Of a DNA stretch of 49,749 nucleotides, positions 1-10,453 are shown piece by piece. The translations under genes and the position numbers were made by a program. This DNA is from Betaproteobacteria bacterium (GTDB lineage: Bacteria > Pseudomonadota > Gammaproteobacteria > Burkholderiales > SG8-41): contig JANMXV010000743.1 in NCBI GenBank assembly GCA_031381325.1, positions 1 to 49,749 of the forward strand. Reading direction: 5' to 3'. The stretch's first letter is position 1. Every line of letters begins with the position of its first letter. The notes under the pieces are model-generated. The model had not been told where the DNA came from and made no database searches. It was given only the letters and a program-made list of their open reading frames with translations.

Positions 1-131
1 CAAGCCCCTACGGGATCCAATACTGATCTGATGCTTTGGGCGGTTTTTAAGTGGGTTGCCCGCTGCCGGATCAAGTTGGAGAAGCGCTCAGGCGCGATAG
101 TGCAAAAGAGTTAACTGGCGAGAATTAAAAC

Positions 132-500
132 ATGATTCAGATGCAATCCGTATTGGATGTTGCTGACAACACGGGTGCCCGCGCCGTGATGTGCATAAAG
201 GTGCTGGGTGGCTCGAAGCGGCGTTATGCTGGCATTGGTGATGTGATCAAGGTCAGTATTAAGGACGCTGCGCCCCGTGGTCGTGTTAAAAAAGGCGAGG
301 TCTATGACGCCGTGGTTGTTCGTACGGCTAAAGGTGTGCGCCGCTCCGACGGGTCGCTGGTCAAGTTCGACTCGAATGCAGCGGTGTTGCTCAATGCCAA
401 GCTTGAGCCGATTGGCACCCGCATCTTCGGGCCGGTGACGCGAGAATTGCGTACCGAGCGTTTCATGAAAATTGTGTCACTCGCCCCGGAAGTTATTTAA
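132..500 (+). CDS. rplN: 50S ribosomal protein uL14
   Basis: 122-aa ORF ([17 protein letters not shown]...[10 protein letters not shown]) is a textbook uL14 sequence. It opens the conserved spc-operon gene order seen downstream. Confidence 0.97.
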   Translation: MIQMQSVLDVADNTGARAVMCIKVLGGSKRRYAGIGDVIKVSIKDAAPRGRVKKGEVYDAVVVRTAKGVRRSDGSLVKFDSNAAVLLNAKLEPIGTRIFGPVTRELRTERFMKIVSLAPEVI

Positions 501-510
501 GGAGCGTGGT

Positions 511-837
511 ATGAAAAAGATCAAAAAAGGTGACGATGTCATCATCATCACGGGCCGCGACAAAGGTAAGCGAGGTACCGTGCTGAACCTGGTTTCCGAC
601 AGCCATGTGCTGGTTGAGGGTGCGAACAGGGTCAAGAAACACGAGCGCCCTAATCCGATGAAAAATACAACGGGCGGCATTATCGAAAAAGAAATGCCGC
701 TGCATATTTCAAACGTCGCCCTGTATAATCCGGCGACGAAAAAGGCCGGTCGCGCGGGCATCAAGGAAATCGACGGCGCAGGCGGCGCCAGGCGCGTGCG
801 ATATTTTAAGTCCAATGGCGAAGTCATTGACGTATGA
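511..837 (+). CDS. rplX: 50S ribosomal protein uL24
   Basis: ATG at 511 is preceded by GGAG (501-504). [24 protein letters not shown]... is the uL24 KOW region. The ORF-track start at 472 lies inside rplN and is not used. Confidence 0.95.
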   Translation: MKKIKKGDDVIIITGRDKGKRGTVLNLVSDSHVLVEGANRVKKHERPNPMKNTTGGIIEKEMPLHISNVALYNPATKKAGRAGIKEIDGAGGARRVRYFKSNGEVIDV

Positions 838-1505
838 GCGAACAGAAAGAACAGAAGAAGGCTAAACCGCCGCGCGAGCCCAAGGCAAAGCCTGCGGGTA
901 AGGGCGCAGGCGAGTCGGGCGATAAGTCTGCGGCCAAGAAGGTATCTAATGCAAAACCTGCAGGCCCGGCCCGGCTGCGTACGTTTTACAGGGATACCGT
1001 GGTCAAAGACTTGACGCAGAAGTTTGGTTACAAGTCGGTGATGCAAGTGCCGCGCCTCGACAAGATTGTGCTCAATATGGGCGTGGGCGAAGCGGTTGCT
1101 GACAAAAAAATCATGGACAATGCTGTTGCTGACATGACAAAAATCGCCGGCCAAAAGCCGCTGGTGACCAAGTCGCGCAAAGCTATTGCATCGTTCAAGA
1201 TTCGCGAAAATTATCCGGTGGGTTGCAAAGTAACCCTGCGCGGGTCGCGCATGTATGATTTCCTGGATCGACTGGTGAACGTGGCGATGCCGCGTATACG
1301 CGACTTCCGCGGCATCTCGGCACGCAGCTTTGATGGCATGGGCAACTACAACATGGGCGTCAAAGAACAGATTATTTTTCCCGAGATCGAGTACGACAAA
1401 ATTGACGCGATCCGGGGCATGAATATTACGATTTCGACCACGGCCAAGACGGATGATGAGGCGAGAGCCTTGCTGGCCGCCTTCAAATTTCCGTTCAGGA
1501 ACTGA
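834..1505 (+). CDS. rplE: 50S ribosomal protein uL5 with a Lys/Pro/Ala-rich N-terminal extension
   Basis: Residues about 46-223 ([12 protein letters not shown]...[23 protein letters not shown]...) are canonical uL5. ATG 834 overlaps the rplX stop (ATGA). There is no in-frame ATG/GTG/TTG at the usual MARL position, so the roughly 45-aa extension appears to be translated. Confidence 0.9.
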   Translation: MSEQKEQKKAKPPREPKAKPAGKGAGESGDKSAAKKVSNAKPAGPARLRTFYRDTVVKDLTQKFGYKSVMQVPRLDKIVLNMGVGEAVADKKIMDNAVADMTKIAGQKPLVTKSRKAIASFKIRENYPVGCKVTLRGSRMYDFLDRLVNVAMPRIRDFRGISARSFDGMGNYNMGVKEQIIFPEIEYDKIDAIRGMNITISTTAKTDDEARALLAAFKFPFRN

Positions 1506-1513
1506 GGCATTTC

Positions 1514-1819
1514 ATGGCAAAACAGTCCATCATCAATCGCAATGAACAGCGCAAGGAAACGGTGAAAAAATTTGCCGCCAAGCGCAAGACACTGCGCGAC
1601 GCCGCGAATAACCAGTCGTTGTCGCTGGAGGAGCGTTACGAGGCCCGTCTTAAGTTGCAAAAGCTCCCGCGCGATGCAAGTCCGGTGCGCTTGCGCAATC
1701 GCTGCGCGTTGACCGGTCGTCCGCGTGGGGTGTTCCGTAAATTCGGGCTGGCGCGCGGAAAACTGCGTGATATCGCGATGCGCGGGGAAATCCCCGGCGT
1801 TATCAAGGCGAGCTGGTAA
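1514..1819 (+). CDS. rpsN: 30S ribosomal protein uS14 (long, non-zinc form)
   Basis: 101-aa ORF ending ...[43 protein letters not shown]; operon position after rplE. Confidence 0.96.
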   Translation: MAKQSIINRNEQRKETVKKFAAKRKTLRDAANNQSLSLEERYEARLKLQKLPRDASPVRLRNRCALTGRPRGVFRKFGLARGKLRDIAMRGEIPGVIKASW

Positions 1820-1872
1820 TCGTCGCTGTTGAGTGGGTGCGTGTTTAATATCAGGAAGCAGGAGAAGATTGC

Positions 1873-2268
1873 ATGAGTATGAGTGATCCGGTCGCCGACA
1901 TGCTGACGCGCATTCGTAATGCGCAGCAGTCGGAGAAATTATCGGTAGCGATGCCGACGAGCAAGCTCAAGGCGGCCATTGCCAGGGTGCTCAAAGACGA
2001 GGGCTATATCGAGGATTTTAATGTCCGCAGCCAGGACGGCAAGTCTCACCTCGATATCAGCCTGAAATATTATGCCGGGCGTCCGGTTATCGAGAAGATC
2101 GAGCGCGTCAGTCGCCCAGGTTTGCGTATTTATAAACCCAGCAAGGATATTCCGGTGGTGATGAATGGTCTTGGCGTAGCGATCGTTTCGACATCCAAGG
2201 GCGTCATGACGGATCGCAAGGCGCGCGGCATGGGCGTGGGTGGCGAAGTGTTGTGTATCGTTGCCTAA
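1873..2268 (+). CDS. rpsH: 30S ribosomal protein uS8
   Basis: 131-aa ORF starting [18 protein letters not shown]..., the canonical uS8 N-terminus; operon position. Confidence 0.97.
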   Translation: MSMSDPVADMLTRIRNAQQSEKLSVAMPTSKLKAAIARVLKDEGYIEDFNVRSQDGKSHLDISLKYYAGRPVIEKIERVSRPGLRIYKPSKDIPVVMNGLGVAIVSTSKGVMTDRKARGMGVGGEVLCIVA

Positions 2269-2286
2269 CGGGAGTGGAGTTCTAAT

Positions 2287-2820
2287 ATGTCCAGAGTTGC
2301 TAATAATCCCGTGCTTATCCCTGAGAAAGTGGATGTGACGCTCAATAGTACCGAGATTTCGGTCAAAGGTCCGCTGGGGACGCTGTCACGTAAATTGTCG
2401 CCCAATGTTCTGGTGCAAAGAGTTGAAAATCGTCTTGAATTCAAGGTCAATGACAATTCGAACCTGGCTAATGCCATGTCGGGAACCCTGCGCGCATTGG
2501 TGTCGAACATGGTGGTTGGCGTGTCCAAAGGGTTTGAGAAGAAACTGTCGTTGGTGGGCGTCGGTTATCGTGCTCAGGCGCAAGGCGACAAACTAAATCT
2601 GACGCTGGGTTTTTCACATCCGGTTGTGCATCAGTTGCCGCAGGGTGTGAAGGCTGAAACGCCAACGCAGACGGAGATCGTGATCAAGGGTGCGGATCGG
2701 CAGCAGGTGGGGCAAGTGGCTGCCGACATTCGTGCTTACCGCAGTCCCGAGCCGTATAAGGGTAAAGGCGTGCGCTACGTCGGTGAGCAGATTGTGCTCA
2801 AGGAAACCAAGAAGAAGTAG
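2287..2820 (+). CDS. rplF: 50S ribosomal protein uL6
   Basis: 177-aa [20 protein letters not shown]...; ends ...[17 protein letters not shown]..., typical uL6. Confidence 0.96.
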   Translation: MSRVANNPVLIPEKVDVTLNSTEISVKGPLGTLSRKLSPNVLVQRVENRLEFKVNDNSNLANAMSGTLRALVSNMVVGVSKGFEKKLSLVGVGYRAQAQGDKLNLTLGFSHPVVHQLPQGVKAETPTQTEIVIKGADRQQVGQVAADIRAYRSPEPYKGKGVRYVGEQIVLKETKKK

Positions 2821-2842
2821 GCGGGCAGGAGTCAAGTAAGCC

Positions 2843-3199
2843 ATGATAGAAAAGAAACAATCACGCATGCGGCGTTCGCGCCGCACCCGCGCAAAAATTG
2901 CGGAATTAAAGGTGGTTCGTTTGACCGTCAATCGTTCGAATACGCATATCTATGCGCAGGTAATCGATGCAACGGGTGGCAAGGTGCTGGCCAGCGCGTC
3001 GTCCGCGGAAAAAGCGGTGCGCGGCGAGTTGAAAAGCGGTGGCAACATCAAGGCGGCTGCGGTCGTTGGAAAATTGATTGCAGAAAAAGCGAAAAAAGCC
3101 GGTGTGGAGGTTGTTGCCTTCGACCGTTCGGGTTACCGTTTTCACGGCCGCGTGAAAGCGTTGGCTGAAGCTGCGCGTGAAGCCGGCCTCAAGTTTTAG
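2843..3199 (+). CDS. rplR: 50S ribosomal protein uL18
   Basis: 118-aa ORF with the basic N-terminus [12 protein letters not shown] and C-terminus [26 protein letters not shown]. Confidence 0.96.
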   Translation: MIEKKQSRMRRSRRTRAKIAELKVVRLTVNRSNTHIYAQVIDATGGKVLASASSAEKAVRGELKSGGNIKAAAVVGKLIAEKAKKAGVEVVAFDRSGYRFHGRVKALAEAAREAGLKF

Positions 3200-3220
3200 C
3201 ACCAGGATCAGGAATTCCCC

Positions 3221-3748
3221 ATGGCGAAAATGCAAGCATCAAAAATGCAGACCGGCAACGAAGAGCGTGGTGACGGTCTGCGTGAAAAAATGGTGGCCAT
3301 CAATCGCGTGACCAAGGTGGTTAAGGGCGGGCGCATCATGGGCTTCGCTGCGCTGACCGTGGTGGGCGATGGTGATGGCAGCATCGGCATGGGCAAGGGC
3401 AAGTCTCGTGAAGTTCCGGTGGCCGTGCAAAAAGCGATGGAAGAGGCGCGCCGGAAGATGGTCAAGGTGCAATTGAAGAATGGCACGTTGCAACATACGG
3501 TGATAGGCCGGCATGGCGCTGCGAGGGTATATATGCAGCCCGCCTCCGAGGGCACGGGAATTATCGCAGGCGGCCCGGTGCGTGCTGTGCTCGAGGTGAT
3601 GGGCGTTACCAACATTCTCGCCAAGTGTTTGGGTTCGACCAATCCCTATAACGTGGTTCGTGCCACGATCAAGGGGTTGACGAGCATGAATACGCCGGCT
3701 GAAATTGCCGCCAAACGTGGCAAGTCAATAGAAGAAATCACGGGGTAG
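3221..3748 (+). CDS. rpsE: 30S ribosomal protein uS5
   Basis: 175-aa ORF containing [46 protein letters not shown], the uS5 dsRBD core. Confidence 0.96.
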   Translation: MAKMQASKMQTGNEERGDGLREKMVAINRVTKVVKGGRIMGFAALTVVGDGDGSIGMGKGKSREVPVAVQKAMEEARRKMVKVQLKNGTLQHTVIGRHGAARVYMQPASEGTGIIAGGPVRAVLEVMGVTNILAKCLGSTNPYNVVRATIKGLTSMNTPAEIAAKRGKSIEEITG

Positions 3749-3774
3749 TACGGGGAAACTCAGGGAACAATCAC

Positions 3775-3960
3775 ATGGCGGATCGCAAAAAAATAAAGGT
3801 AACGCTGGTTAGAAGTCTGATCGGCACCAAAGGTGAGCATCGGCTGTGCGTGCGGGGCTTGGGTTTGCGCCGCATCAATCACTCTGTTGAAGTGATCGAT
3901 ACCCCTGCCAATCGCGGCATGATCAATAAAGTGTCCTATCTGGTTAAGGTCGGAACGTAA
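3775..3960 (+). CDS. rpmD: 50S ribosomal protein uL30
   Basis: 61-aa [38 protein letters not shown]...; operon position. Confidence 0.95.
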   Translation: MADRKKIKVTLVRSLIGTKGEHRLCVRGLGLRRINHSVEVIDTPANRGMINKVSYLVKVGT

Positions 3961-3978
3961 GTAACAAAGGGCTATGTC

Positions 3979-4434
3979 ATGCGACTGAATACCATTAAGC
4001 CGGCTACGGGATCCAAGCACTCCACCAAGCGCGTGGGCCGTGGCACGGGTTGCGGATTGGGCAAGACTGCCGGACGCGGTCATAAAGGGCAAAAAGCACG
4101 TGCGGGCGGTTTTCATAAAGTAGGCTTTGAGGGCGGTCAGATGCCGCTGCATCGCCGTCTACCCAAGCGTGGCTTTCACTCGCCGCTGTCTGGCGATACG
4201 GCGGAAATTCGACTGGGCGATATACAAAAACTAAGTGCGGAAACCATTGATCTTTCCGTACTGAAACAAGCCGGGTTAGCGCATCAAACTGCGCTCCACG
4301 CGAAAGTAATTCTTGCCGGCGCGATCGAGCGCAAGGTGGTACTGAAGGGTGTGGGTGTGACCCAAGGCGCGCGTGCGGCCATCGAAAAAGCCGGCGGCAG
4401 CGTTGAAGTGCCTGCGCTGCAGGTAGCGGCATAA
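3979..4434 (+). CDS. rplO: 50S ribosomal protein uL15
   Basis: 151-aa [25 protein letters not shown]...[13 protein letters not shown]..., canonical uL15. Confidence 0.96.
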   Translation: MRLNTIKPATGSKHSTKRVGRGTGCGLGKTAGRGHKGQKARAGGFHKVGFEGGQMPLHRRLPKRGFHSPLSGDTAEIRLGDIQKLSAETIDLSVLKQAGLAHQTALHAKVILAGAIERKVVLKGVGVTQGARAAIEKAGGSVEVPALQVAA

Positions 4435-4446
4435 AAGGGGCGGGCA

Positions 4447-5775
4447 TTGGCCGTTAACGATTCATTGCTGGCATCGGGAAAACTGGGCGATCTCAAGCGC
4501 CGCCTCCTGTTTTTGCTCGGCGCATTAATCGTATTCCGTATCGGGTCGTTCATCCCAGTTCCGGGAATCGATCAGGGCGAGCTTGCCAATCTGTTCAACC
4601 AGCAGCGCGGCGGCATCCTCGACATGTTCAACATGTTTTCCGGGGGCGCACTGGAGCGCTTTTCGATATTCGCCCTCGGCATCATGCCGTATATTTCGGC
4701 ATCGATTATCATGCAGTTGATGACTGTAGCCTCGCCGACGTTGGAAGCGTTAAAGAAGGAAGGCGAGTCTGGCCGTCGCAAGATTACGCAGTACACGCGT
4801 TATGGCACTGCAGGGCTGGCGCTGTTTCAGAGCATGGCAATCGCCATTGGCCTCGAAAGCCAGCGTGGATTGGTGATTGATCCCGGTATGGTGTTTCGTT
4901 TAACGGCAATGGTGACATTAACCACCGGTACCATGTTCCTGATGTGGTTGGGCGAGCAGATTACGGAGCGCGGTATAGGTAATGGCATTTCGCTGCTGAT
5001 TTTCGCGGGTATTGCGGCGGGCTTCCCACAGGCGGTAGGCGGCACGCTGGAACTGGTGCGTACGGGGGCGATGTCGATACCCGTCGTGCTGTTTATTGGC
5101 GCGTTGGTGGTGGGCGTAACGGCGTTTGTGTGTTTTGTTGAGCGGGGTCAGCGCAAGATATTAGTGAACTACGCGAAGCGACAGGTTGGACGCAAGGTTT
5201 ATGGCGGGCAAAGTTCCCACTTGCCGCTCAAGCTCAACATGGCCGGCGTCATACCCCCCATATTTGCATCGTCGATCATTTTGTTTCCGGCGACGATTGT
5301 GGGTTGGTTTGGCGAAGGTACGTCAACCGGCGTGACCTGGCTTAAAAACGTCGCGGCAACGCTGCATCCGGGTGAGCCGGTTTATACATTGCTGTACGCG
5401 ACGGCAATTATATTTTTCTGTTTTTTTTACACGGCATTGGTGTTTAACCCGAAGGAAACCGCAGACAACCTGAAAAAAAGCGGTGCGTTTGTACCCGGTA
5501 TCCGGCCCGGAGACCAGACCGCGCGCTATATTGAGAAAATCACGCTGCGGCTCACCTTGGTGGGCGCGGTTTATGTGACCTTGGTTTGTTTGCTGCCGGA
5601 GTTTCTGATTGTGTGGAAGAAAGTGCCGTTCTATTTCGGCGGCACCTCACTGCTGATTATTGTGGTGGTGACGATGGACTTCATGTCGCAGGTGCAGGCC
5701 TACATCATGTCGCATCAGTACGAGAGTTTGTTGAAAAAGGCCAACTTCAAGGGTGGAATGTTCCCGACGCGCTAG
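4447..5775 (+). CDS. secY: Preprotein translocase subunit SecY
   Basis: 442-aa polytopic ORF with a TTG start. It contains [27 protein letters not shown] and other conserved SecY blocks. Position between rplO and infA fits. Confidence 0.96.
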   Translation: MAVNDSLLASGKLGDLKRRLLFLLGALIVFRIGSFIPVPGIDQGELANLFNQQRGGILDMFNMFSGGALERFSIFALGIMPYISASIIMQLMTVASPTLEALKKEGESGRRKITQYTRYGTAGLALFQSMAIAIGLESQRGLVIDPGMVFRLTAMVTLTTGTMFLMWLGEQITERGIGNGISLLIFAGIAAGFPQAVGGTLELVRTGAMSIPVVLFIGALVVGVTAFVCFVERGQRKILVNYAKRQVGRKVYGGQSSHLPLKLNMAGVIPPIFASSIILFPATIVGWFGEGTSTGVTWLKNVAATLHPGEPVYTLLYATAIIFFCFFYTALVFNPKETADNLKKSGAFVPGIRPGDQTARYIEKITLRLTLVGAVYVTLVCLLPEFLIVWKKVPFYFGGTSLLIIVVVTMDFMSQVQAYIMSHQYESLLKKANFKGGMFPTR

Positions 5776-5776
5776 A

Positions 5777-5994
5777 ATGGCAAAAGAGGAAACCATACAG
5801 ATGCAGGGTGAGATTGACGAAACCCTGCCCAATGCAACCTCAGAGTCAAGCTGGAAAATGGCCACGTGGTACTCGGCTACATATCCGGAACGATGCGTAT
5901 GCATTACATCCGCATTCTGCCGGGTGACAAAGTTACAGTGGAATTAACGCCATACGATTTAACGCGTGGCCGGATCGTGTTTCGCGCGAAGTGA
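5777..5994 (+). pseudogene. infA: Translation initiation factor IF-1 gene with a 1-nt frameshift near 5840
   Basis: From ATG 5777 the frame reads [21 protein letters not shown], then nonsense to a stop at 5947. The remainder, [51 protein letters not shown], is in the -1 frame and ends at TGA 5992-5994. The span is 218 nt, one short of a 72-codon gene plus stop. Confidence 0.85.
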
Positions 5995-6016
5995 TGACAA
6001 GACTGGGAGCCGGAAA

Positions 6017-6130
6017 ATGAAAGTGCAGGCATCGGTAAAACGGATGTGCCGCAACTGTAAAGTTGTGAAGCGTAAACGCGTGGTTCGGGTGATTTGTAAA
6101 GACCCGCGCCATAAACAGCGTCAAGGATAA
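6017..6130 (+). CDS. rpmJ: 50S ribosomal protein bL36
   Basis: Translated by hand; it is below the ORF-track length cut-off. [37 protein letters not shown], with GGAG 7 nt upstream of the ATG. Confidence 0.93.
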   Translation: MKVQASVKRMCRNCKVVKRKRVVRVICKDPRHKQRQG

Positions 6131-6170
6131 TTTTTGTTTAAAAACAGAAAGTTAAGTTAGTGGAGATAGC

Positions 6171-6548
6171 ATGGCCCGTATTGGTGGCGTAAATATTCCG
6201 AATCATCAGCACGCAGAAATTGCGCTGACTGCTATTTATGGCGTAGGCCGCAGCCGCGCGCGAAAAATTTGTGTTGCAGCGGGTATCGAAACCAGCCGCA
6301 AGATGAAGGACCTTTCCGATTCGGAAATGGACAAACTGCGCGAGCAAGTTGCCAAAGTCGCGACCGAAGGTGATTTGCGCCGTGAAGTCTCGATGAACAT
6401 CAAGCGCTTGATGGACTTAGGCACTTGGCGCGGCAAGCGCCATCGCGCTGGCTTGCCGGTACGCGGCCAGCGCACGCGCACCAACGCACGCACGCGCAAA
6501 GGCCCGCGTAAGGCCGCAGTGAAGCTGCAAAAAGGCACCACCGTCTAA
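6171..6548 (+). CDS. rpsM: 30S ribosomal protein uS13
   Basis: 125-aa [29 protein letters not shown]...[21 protein letters not shown]. Confidence 0.96.
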   Translation: MARIGGVNIPNHQHAEIALTAIYGVGRSRARKICVAAGIETSRKMKDLSDSEMDKLREQVAKVATEGDLRREVSMNIKRLMDLGTWRGKRHRAGLPVRGQRTRTNARTRKGPRKAAVKLQKGTTV

Positions 6549-6592
6549 TGTAGTTTAGCTCAGTTTAGTTTACAGGTTACAGGTAATAACAC

Positions 6593-6982
6593 ATGGCAAA
6601 AGCAAGCACGCGAGTGCGTAAAAAGGTCAAGAAGAATGTCGCCGAGGGCATCGCCCACGTACACGCGTCATTCAACAACACCATCGTGACCATCACCGAC
6701 CGGCAAGGTAACGCGCTGGCTTGGGCGACTTCGGGCAGCAACGGATTTAAGGGTTCGCGCAAGTCAACGCCCTTCGCCGCGCAGATTGCCGCGGAGCAAT
6801 GCGGCAAGCTTGCTGTCGAATGTGGGGTGAAGAATCTTGAAGTTCGTATCAAGGGGCCAGGCCCCGGCCGCGAGTCCGCAGTGCGCGCGCTGAATGCCGT
6901 GGGTTTCAAAATAACCAGTATTTCGGATGTGACACCGGTGCCGCACAATGGCTGCCGTCCTCCGAAAAAGAGACGAGTCTAA
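6593..6982 (+). CDS. rpsK: 30S ribosomal protein uS11
   Basis: 129-aa ORF with [30 protein letters not shown]... and C-terminus ...[16 protein letters not shown]. Confidence 0.97.
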   Translation: MAKASTRVRKKVKKNVAEGIAHVHASFNNTIVTITDRQGNALAWATSGSNGFKGSRKSTPFAAQIAAEQCGKLAVECGVKNLEVRIKGPGPGRESAVRALNAVGFKITSISDVTPVPHNGCRPPKKRRV

Positions 6983-6994
6983 GGGGATCCCAAC

Positions 6995-7621
6995 GTGGCA
7001 AGGAATCTCGATCCGAAGTGCAGACAATGCCGCCGTGAGGGCGAAAAGTTGTTCCTCAAGGGCGAAAAATGCTTTACCGATAAATGCGCGATTGAGCGCC
7101 GTAACTATCCGCCTGGACAGCACGGGCAGAAGCAATCGCGCCTGTCTGGCTACGGTGTGCAATTGCGCGAAAAACAGAAAATTCGCCGAATATACGGCTT
7201 GCTCGAAGGCCAGTTTCGCCGCGTCTACGCGGAAGCGGCCTCCAGCAAAGGCGTTACCGGCGAAGCGCTGTTGCAGATGCTTGAAAGCCGTCTGGATACC
7301 GTGGCATTCCGCATGGGCTTTGGCGCCTCGCGCACCGAAGCACGGCAGGTCGTGCGCCACAACGGCATCCTGGTGAACGGCAAGCGTGTGAATATACCGT
7401 CTTATCAATGTCGTCCCGGTGACGTGGTTGAAGTCGCCGCAGCCTCCAAAACGCAATTGCGCATCAAAGCCGCTGCCGAAGCCGCCGAATCCCGGGGGCG
7501 CGCAGAGTGGATTGAGGTTGACACCAAGGCCTTGAAAGGCACTTTCAAGGCGCGGCCTCAACGTTCGGAGCTGCCGGCGACCATCAATGAATCGCTCGTG
7601 GTCGAGCTCTACTCGAAGTAA
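6995..7621 (+). CDS. rpsD: 30S ribosomal protein uS4 (Cys4 zinc-ribbon-type N-terminus)
   Basis: 208-aa ORF with a GTG start. [45 protein letters not shown]... has Cys at positions 9, 12, 26 and 31. The C-terminus ...[12 protein letters not shown] is canonical uS4. Confidence 0.95.
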   Translation: MARNLDPKCRQCRREGEKLFLKGEKCFTDKCAIERRNYPPGQHGQKQSRLSGYGVQLREKQKIRRIYGLLEGQFRRVYAEAASSKGVTGEALLQMLESRLDTVAFRMGFGASRTEARQVVRHNGILVNGKRVNIPSYQCRPGDVVEVAAASKTQLRIKAAAEAAESRGRAEWIEVDTKALKGTFKARPQRSELPATINESLVVELYSK

Positions 7622-7677
7622 TCACGCGCAGCAGTTACGCGCAGTTGTCACGATCTTAGCGAAGGGGCACCCCAACC

Positions 7678-8658
7678 ATGTCCAGCACTGCACTTCTGAA
7701 ACCTCGTATTATCGACGTTCAGAATCTTTCGACGCATCACGCGCGCCTCACCATGGAGCCGTTTGAGCGCGGCTACGGCCATACTTTAGGCAATGCGCTG
7801 CGCCGCACGCTGCTTTCATCCATGCCGGGTTATGCGGCAACGGAAGTCAGCATCGCCGGCGTTCTGCACGAATATTCGACGCTCGACGGCGTGCAGGAAG
7901 ACGTTGTCGACATTCTGCTCAACCTCAAGGGCGTGGTACTGAAACTGCACAACCGCGACGAAGCCACGCTGGTACTCAAGAAGTCCGGCGAAGGCGTGGT
8001 TACCGCCGGCGATATCGAGCAGAACCATGACGTGGAAATCATCAATCCGGATCATGTGATCGCGCATCTCGCCGTCGGCGGCAAGATTGAATTGCAGATT
8101 AAAGTTGAAAAAGGCCGTGGCTATATCGCCGCTACCAGCCGCAAGGCGGTTGAGGAAGAAGCCCGTAGCGTCGGTAATATTCTGCTGGACGCGTCTTTCA
8201 GTCCGGTACGTCGCGTGAGCTACTCGGTTGAATCCGCGCGCGTTGAGCAGCGTACCGACCTCGACAAATTGATCATGGACATCGAGACCAACGGCGCTAT
8301 CGATCCTGAAGAAGCCGTGCGTTACGCCGCGCGTATTATGGTCGAGCAATTGTCGGTGTTCTCCGATCTGACGGGTACGCCCGCGCTGATCGAAGAAAAA
8401 CGCGCAACCCAGGTTGATCCGGTGTTGCTGCGTCCGGTAGACGATCTGGAACTTACCGTGCGTTCTGCCAACTGCCTCAAAGCAGAAAACATATACTACA
8501 TTGGCGATCTGATTCAGCGTTCCGAAACCGAGCTGTTGAAGACCCCGAATCTGGGCCGCAAATCGCTTAACGAAATCAAGGAAGTGCTTGCCACGCGCGG
8601 CCTGACCTTGGGTATGCGGCTCGAGAACTGGCCGCCTGCCGGGCTGGAAAAGCTCTGA
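7678..8658 (+). CDS. rpoA: DNA-directed RNA polymerase subunit alpha
   Basis: 326-aa ORF with [10 protein letters not shown]...[26 protein letters not shown]...[26 protein letters not shown]...; closely resembles betaproteobacterial RpoA. Confidence 0.97.
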   Translation: MSSTALLKPRIIDVQNLSTHHARLTMEPFERGYGHTLGNALRRTLLSSMPGYAATEVSIAGVLHEYSTLDGVQEDVVDILLNLKGVVLKLHNRDEATLVLKKSGEGVVTAGDIEQNHDVEIINPDHVIAHLAVGGKIELQIKVEKGRGYIAATSRKAVEEEARSVGNILLDASFSPVRRVSYSVESARVEQRTDLDKLIMDIETNGAIDPEEAVRYAARIMVEQLSVFSDLTGTPALIEEKRATQVDPVLLRPVDDLELTVRSANCLKAENIYYIGDLIQRSETELLKTPNLGRKSLNEIKEVLATRGLTLGMRLENWPPAGLEKL

Positions 8659-8692
8659 GCCACAGGCCACGGTTGAACATCAAGGAAATAAA

Positions 8693-9100
8693 ATGCGTCA
8701 CCGCCACGGATTACGAAAGCTTAACCGCACCAGCAGCCATCGTCTGGCCATGCTGCGGAACATGACGAACTCGCTGCTCAAGCATGAGGCGATCAAAACC
8801 ACGTTGCCCAAGGCCAAAGAGCTGCGCCGCGTAGTCGAACCCATTATAACGCTCGGAAAATCGCCGTCGCTCGCCAATCGCCGGCTGGCGTTTAACCGCC
8901 TGCGGGATCGCGATAACGTGACCAAACTGTTTGCGGAAATCGGTCCGCGCTACGCCAAGCGTAACGGCGGCTATCTGCGCATACTGAAATTCGGCTTCCG
9001 CAAGGGCGACAACGCGCCGATGGCATTTGTGGAATTGGTGGATCGTCCGGAGCCCGGCACAAAAGTAGAGCCAGCCAAGATGGAGGAGGCTACGGCGTAG
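8693..9100 (+). CDS. rplQ: 50S ribosomal protein bL17
   Basis: 135-aa [49 protein letters not shown]... Confidence 0.96.
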   Translation: MRHRHGLRKLNRTSSHRLAMLRNMTNSLLKHEAIKTTLPKAKELRRVVEPIITLGKSPSLANRRLAFNRLRDRDNVTKLFAEIGPRYAKRNGGYLRILKFGFRKGDNAPMAFVELVDRPEPGTKVEPAKMEEATA

Positions 9101-9120
9101 TGCTTGCACTGCGCTGACTC

Positions 9121-9156
9121 AAAGCCGGCCATGTGTCTATGGGCCGGCTTTTTTTT
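9121..9156 (+). terminator. Intrinsic terminator after rplQ, between convergent genes
   Basis: AAGCCGGCC (9122-9130), an 11-nt loop, then GGCCGGCTT (9142-9150) running into a T tract that reaches 9156. Confidence 0.8.
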
Positions 9157-9169
9157 GCGGAAAATGTTG

Positions 9170-10453
9170 TTAGGAAACAAGAATCACCCGAAAATCATTC
9201 ACATTGGTGCGCGTCGGCCCGGTAACCACCAAGTCCTCCAGCGCGTGAAAAAATTCGTAGCCGTTATTGTTATCGAGCAGCTTTGCGGCGTCTATTTTTT
9301 TTGCCGAAGCACGCTTGAGTGCATCAGGCGTAAGCAGCGCGCCCGCGTTGTTCTCGGAGCCGTCAATGCCGTCCGTGTCGCAGGCGAGCGCGTGTATGCC
9401 TTCCGCGCCATTCAGGTCAATGGCAAGCGACAGCAGGAACTCCGCGCAACGTCCGCCGCGGCCAGTGCCTTTCACCGTCACCGTGCATTCGCCGCCGGAT
9501 ATCAGCGCCACCGGCGCACGCCACGGTGCGCCATGTTGCCGCACTTCGCGCGCGAGCGCGCCGTAGACTTTGGCCACTTCGCGTGCTTCGCCCGTCACCG
9601 AGTCCCCAAGAATTACCGCTTGAACCCCTTGTAATGTGAAATATTCCGCCGCCGCTTGTAACGATTCATGTGCGGTGGCGATCACACGGTTTTCGACCCG
9701 CGCGAAAATACGATCACCCCGTTTAGGTGTTTCGGGAACCTCACCCGCCGCGCCGCGCGTGAGATGCGCCATTATAGATTTGGGTGCATTGACGCCATGG
9801 CGGCGAATAACGTCGAGTGCATCCTGGTATGTGCTCGCGTCCGGCGCGCAGGGGCCCGACGCAATGTGTGCGGGGTCGTCGCCCGTAACGTCCGAAATGA
9901 TCAGCGCTGTTACCGGTGCGCGGCACGCGGCGGCCAGTCTGCCGCCTTGTATCGCCGACAGATGCTTGCGCACGATATTCATTTCCTGTATCGGAGCGCC
10001 ACACTTAAGTAATTGTTTTGTAAGTGTTTTTATATCTTCAATTGCAATGCCCTCGGCGGGCAAAGTGAGCAGGCTGGAACCGCCGCCCGAGACCAGCGTA
10101 AGCAGTAAATCATTCGGCGTAAGCGTTTTCACGCGCCGCAAAATTTCCCGCGCGGCTTTTTCACCGGACTCGTCCGGCACCGGATGTCCCGCTTCGATGA
10201 CGGTGATGCGATTAGTGAGCAGGCCATGCTGGTAGCGCGTGATCACCAGCCCGTCTAGCGGCGCGTTGGCGGGCCAGTGTTGCTCGACCGCGAGCGCCAT
10301 CGATGCCGCAGCCTTGCCCGCGCCGACCACCAGAGTTTTTCCTTTTGGTGACGATGGCGGTTTCGGCAAGTGCGACCCGACGATCTTCAGCGGGTCGGCT
10401 GCCGCCAATGCGGCCTGGAAGCTGCCGAGCAGCAACTCACGTGCTGTCATCAT
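9170..10453 (-). CDS. Glycerate 2-kinase / hydroxypyruvate reductase-like protein (MOFRL family)
   Basis: 427-aa ORF with ...[19 protein letters not shown]...VSGGGSSLL...[20 protein letters not shown]...DTDGIDG, as in TtuD/GckA-type glycerate kinases. Its start overlaps the uvrA stop. Confidence 0.85.
   Translation of the reverse strand: MMTARELLLGSFQAALAAADPLKIVGSHLPKPPSSPKGKTLVVGAGKAAASMALAVEQHWPANAPLDGLVITRYQHGLLTNRITVIEAGHPVPDESGEKAAREILRRVKTLTPNDLLLTLVSGGGSSLLTLPAEGIAIEDIKTLTKQLLKCGAPIQEMNIVRKHLSAIQGGRLAAACRAPVTALIISDVTGDDPAHIASGPCAPDASTYQDALDVIRRHGVNAPKSIMAHLTRGAAGEVPETPKRGDRIFARVENRVIATAHESLQAAAEYFTLQGVQAVILGDSVTGEAREVAKVYGALAREVRQHGAPWRAPVALISGGECTVTVKGTGRGGRCAEFLLSLAIDLNGAEGIHALACDTDGIDGSENNAGALLTPDALKRASAKKIDAAKLLDNNNGYEFFHALEDLVVTGPTRTNVNDFRVILVS

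Noticed and set aside
1-131. The expected 3' end of rpsQ (uS17) upstream of rplN.
   Set aside because: By synteny uS17 should end here, but none of the three frames gives the conserved ...E.RP.SK.K.W... C-terminus. Stops occur at 21-23, 28-30 and 112-114. The gene probably ends within the first 30 nt and the rest is the spc-operon leader, so there is too little sequence to call it.
477-1154. Long antisense or out-of-frame ORFs overlapping well-supported genes. Examples are 477-1154(-), 6764-7561(-), 7816-8670(-), 18792-19496(-), 22431-23282(-), 35030-35902(+) and 43916-45292(-), plus many shorter ones in the track.
   Set aside because: They lie opposite or out of frame with genes whose products are unmistakable. 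They have Arg/Ala/Gly/Pro-heavy, low-complexity translations typical of shadow ORFs in GC-rich DNA, and they lack RBS signals.
5830-5850. Programmed -1 ribosomal frameshifting as the explanation for the infA frame break.
   Set aside because: There is no X XXY YYZ slippery heptamer at the junction (CAA TGC AAC CTC AGA context) and no obvious downstream pseudoknot or hairpin. A 1-nt deletion in a TT dinucleotide is the simpler reading.
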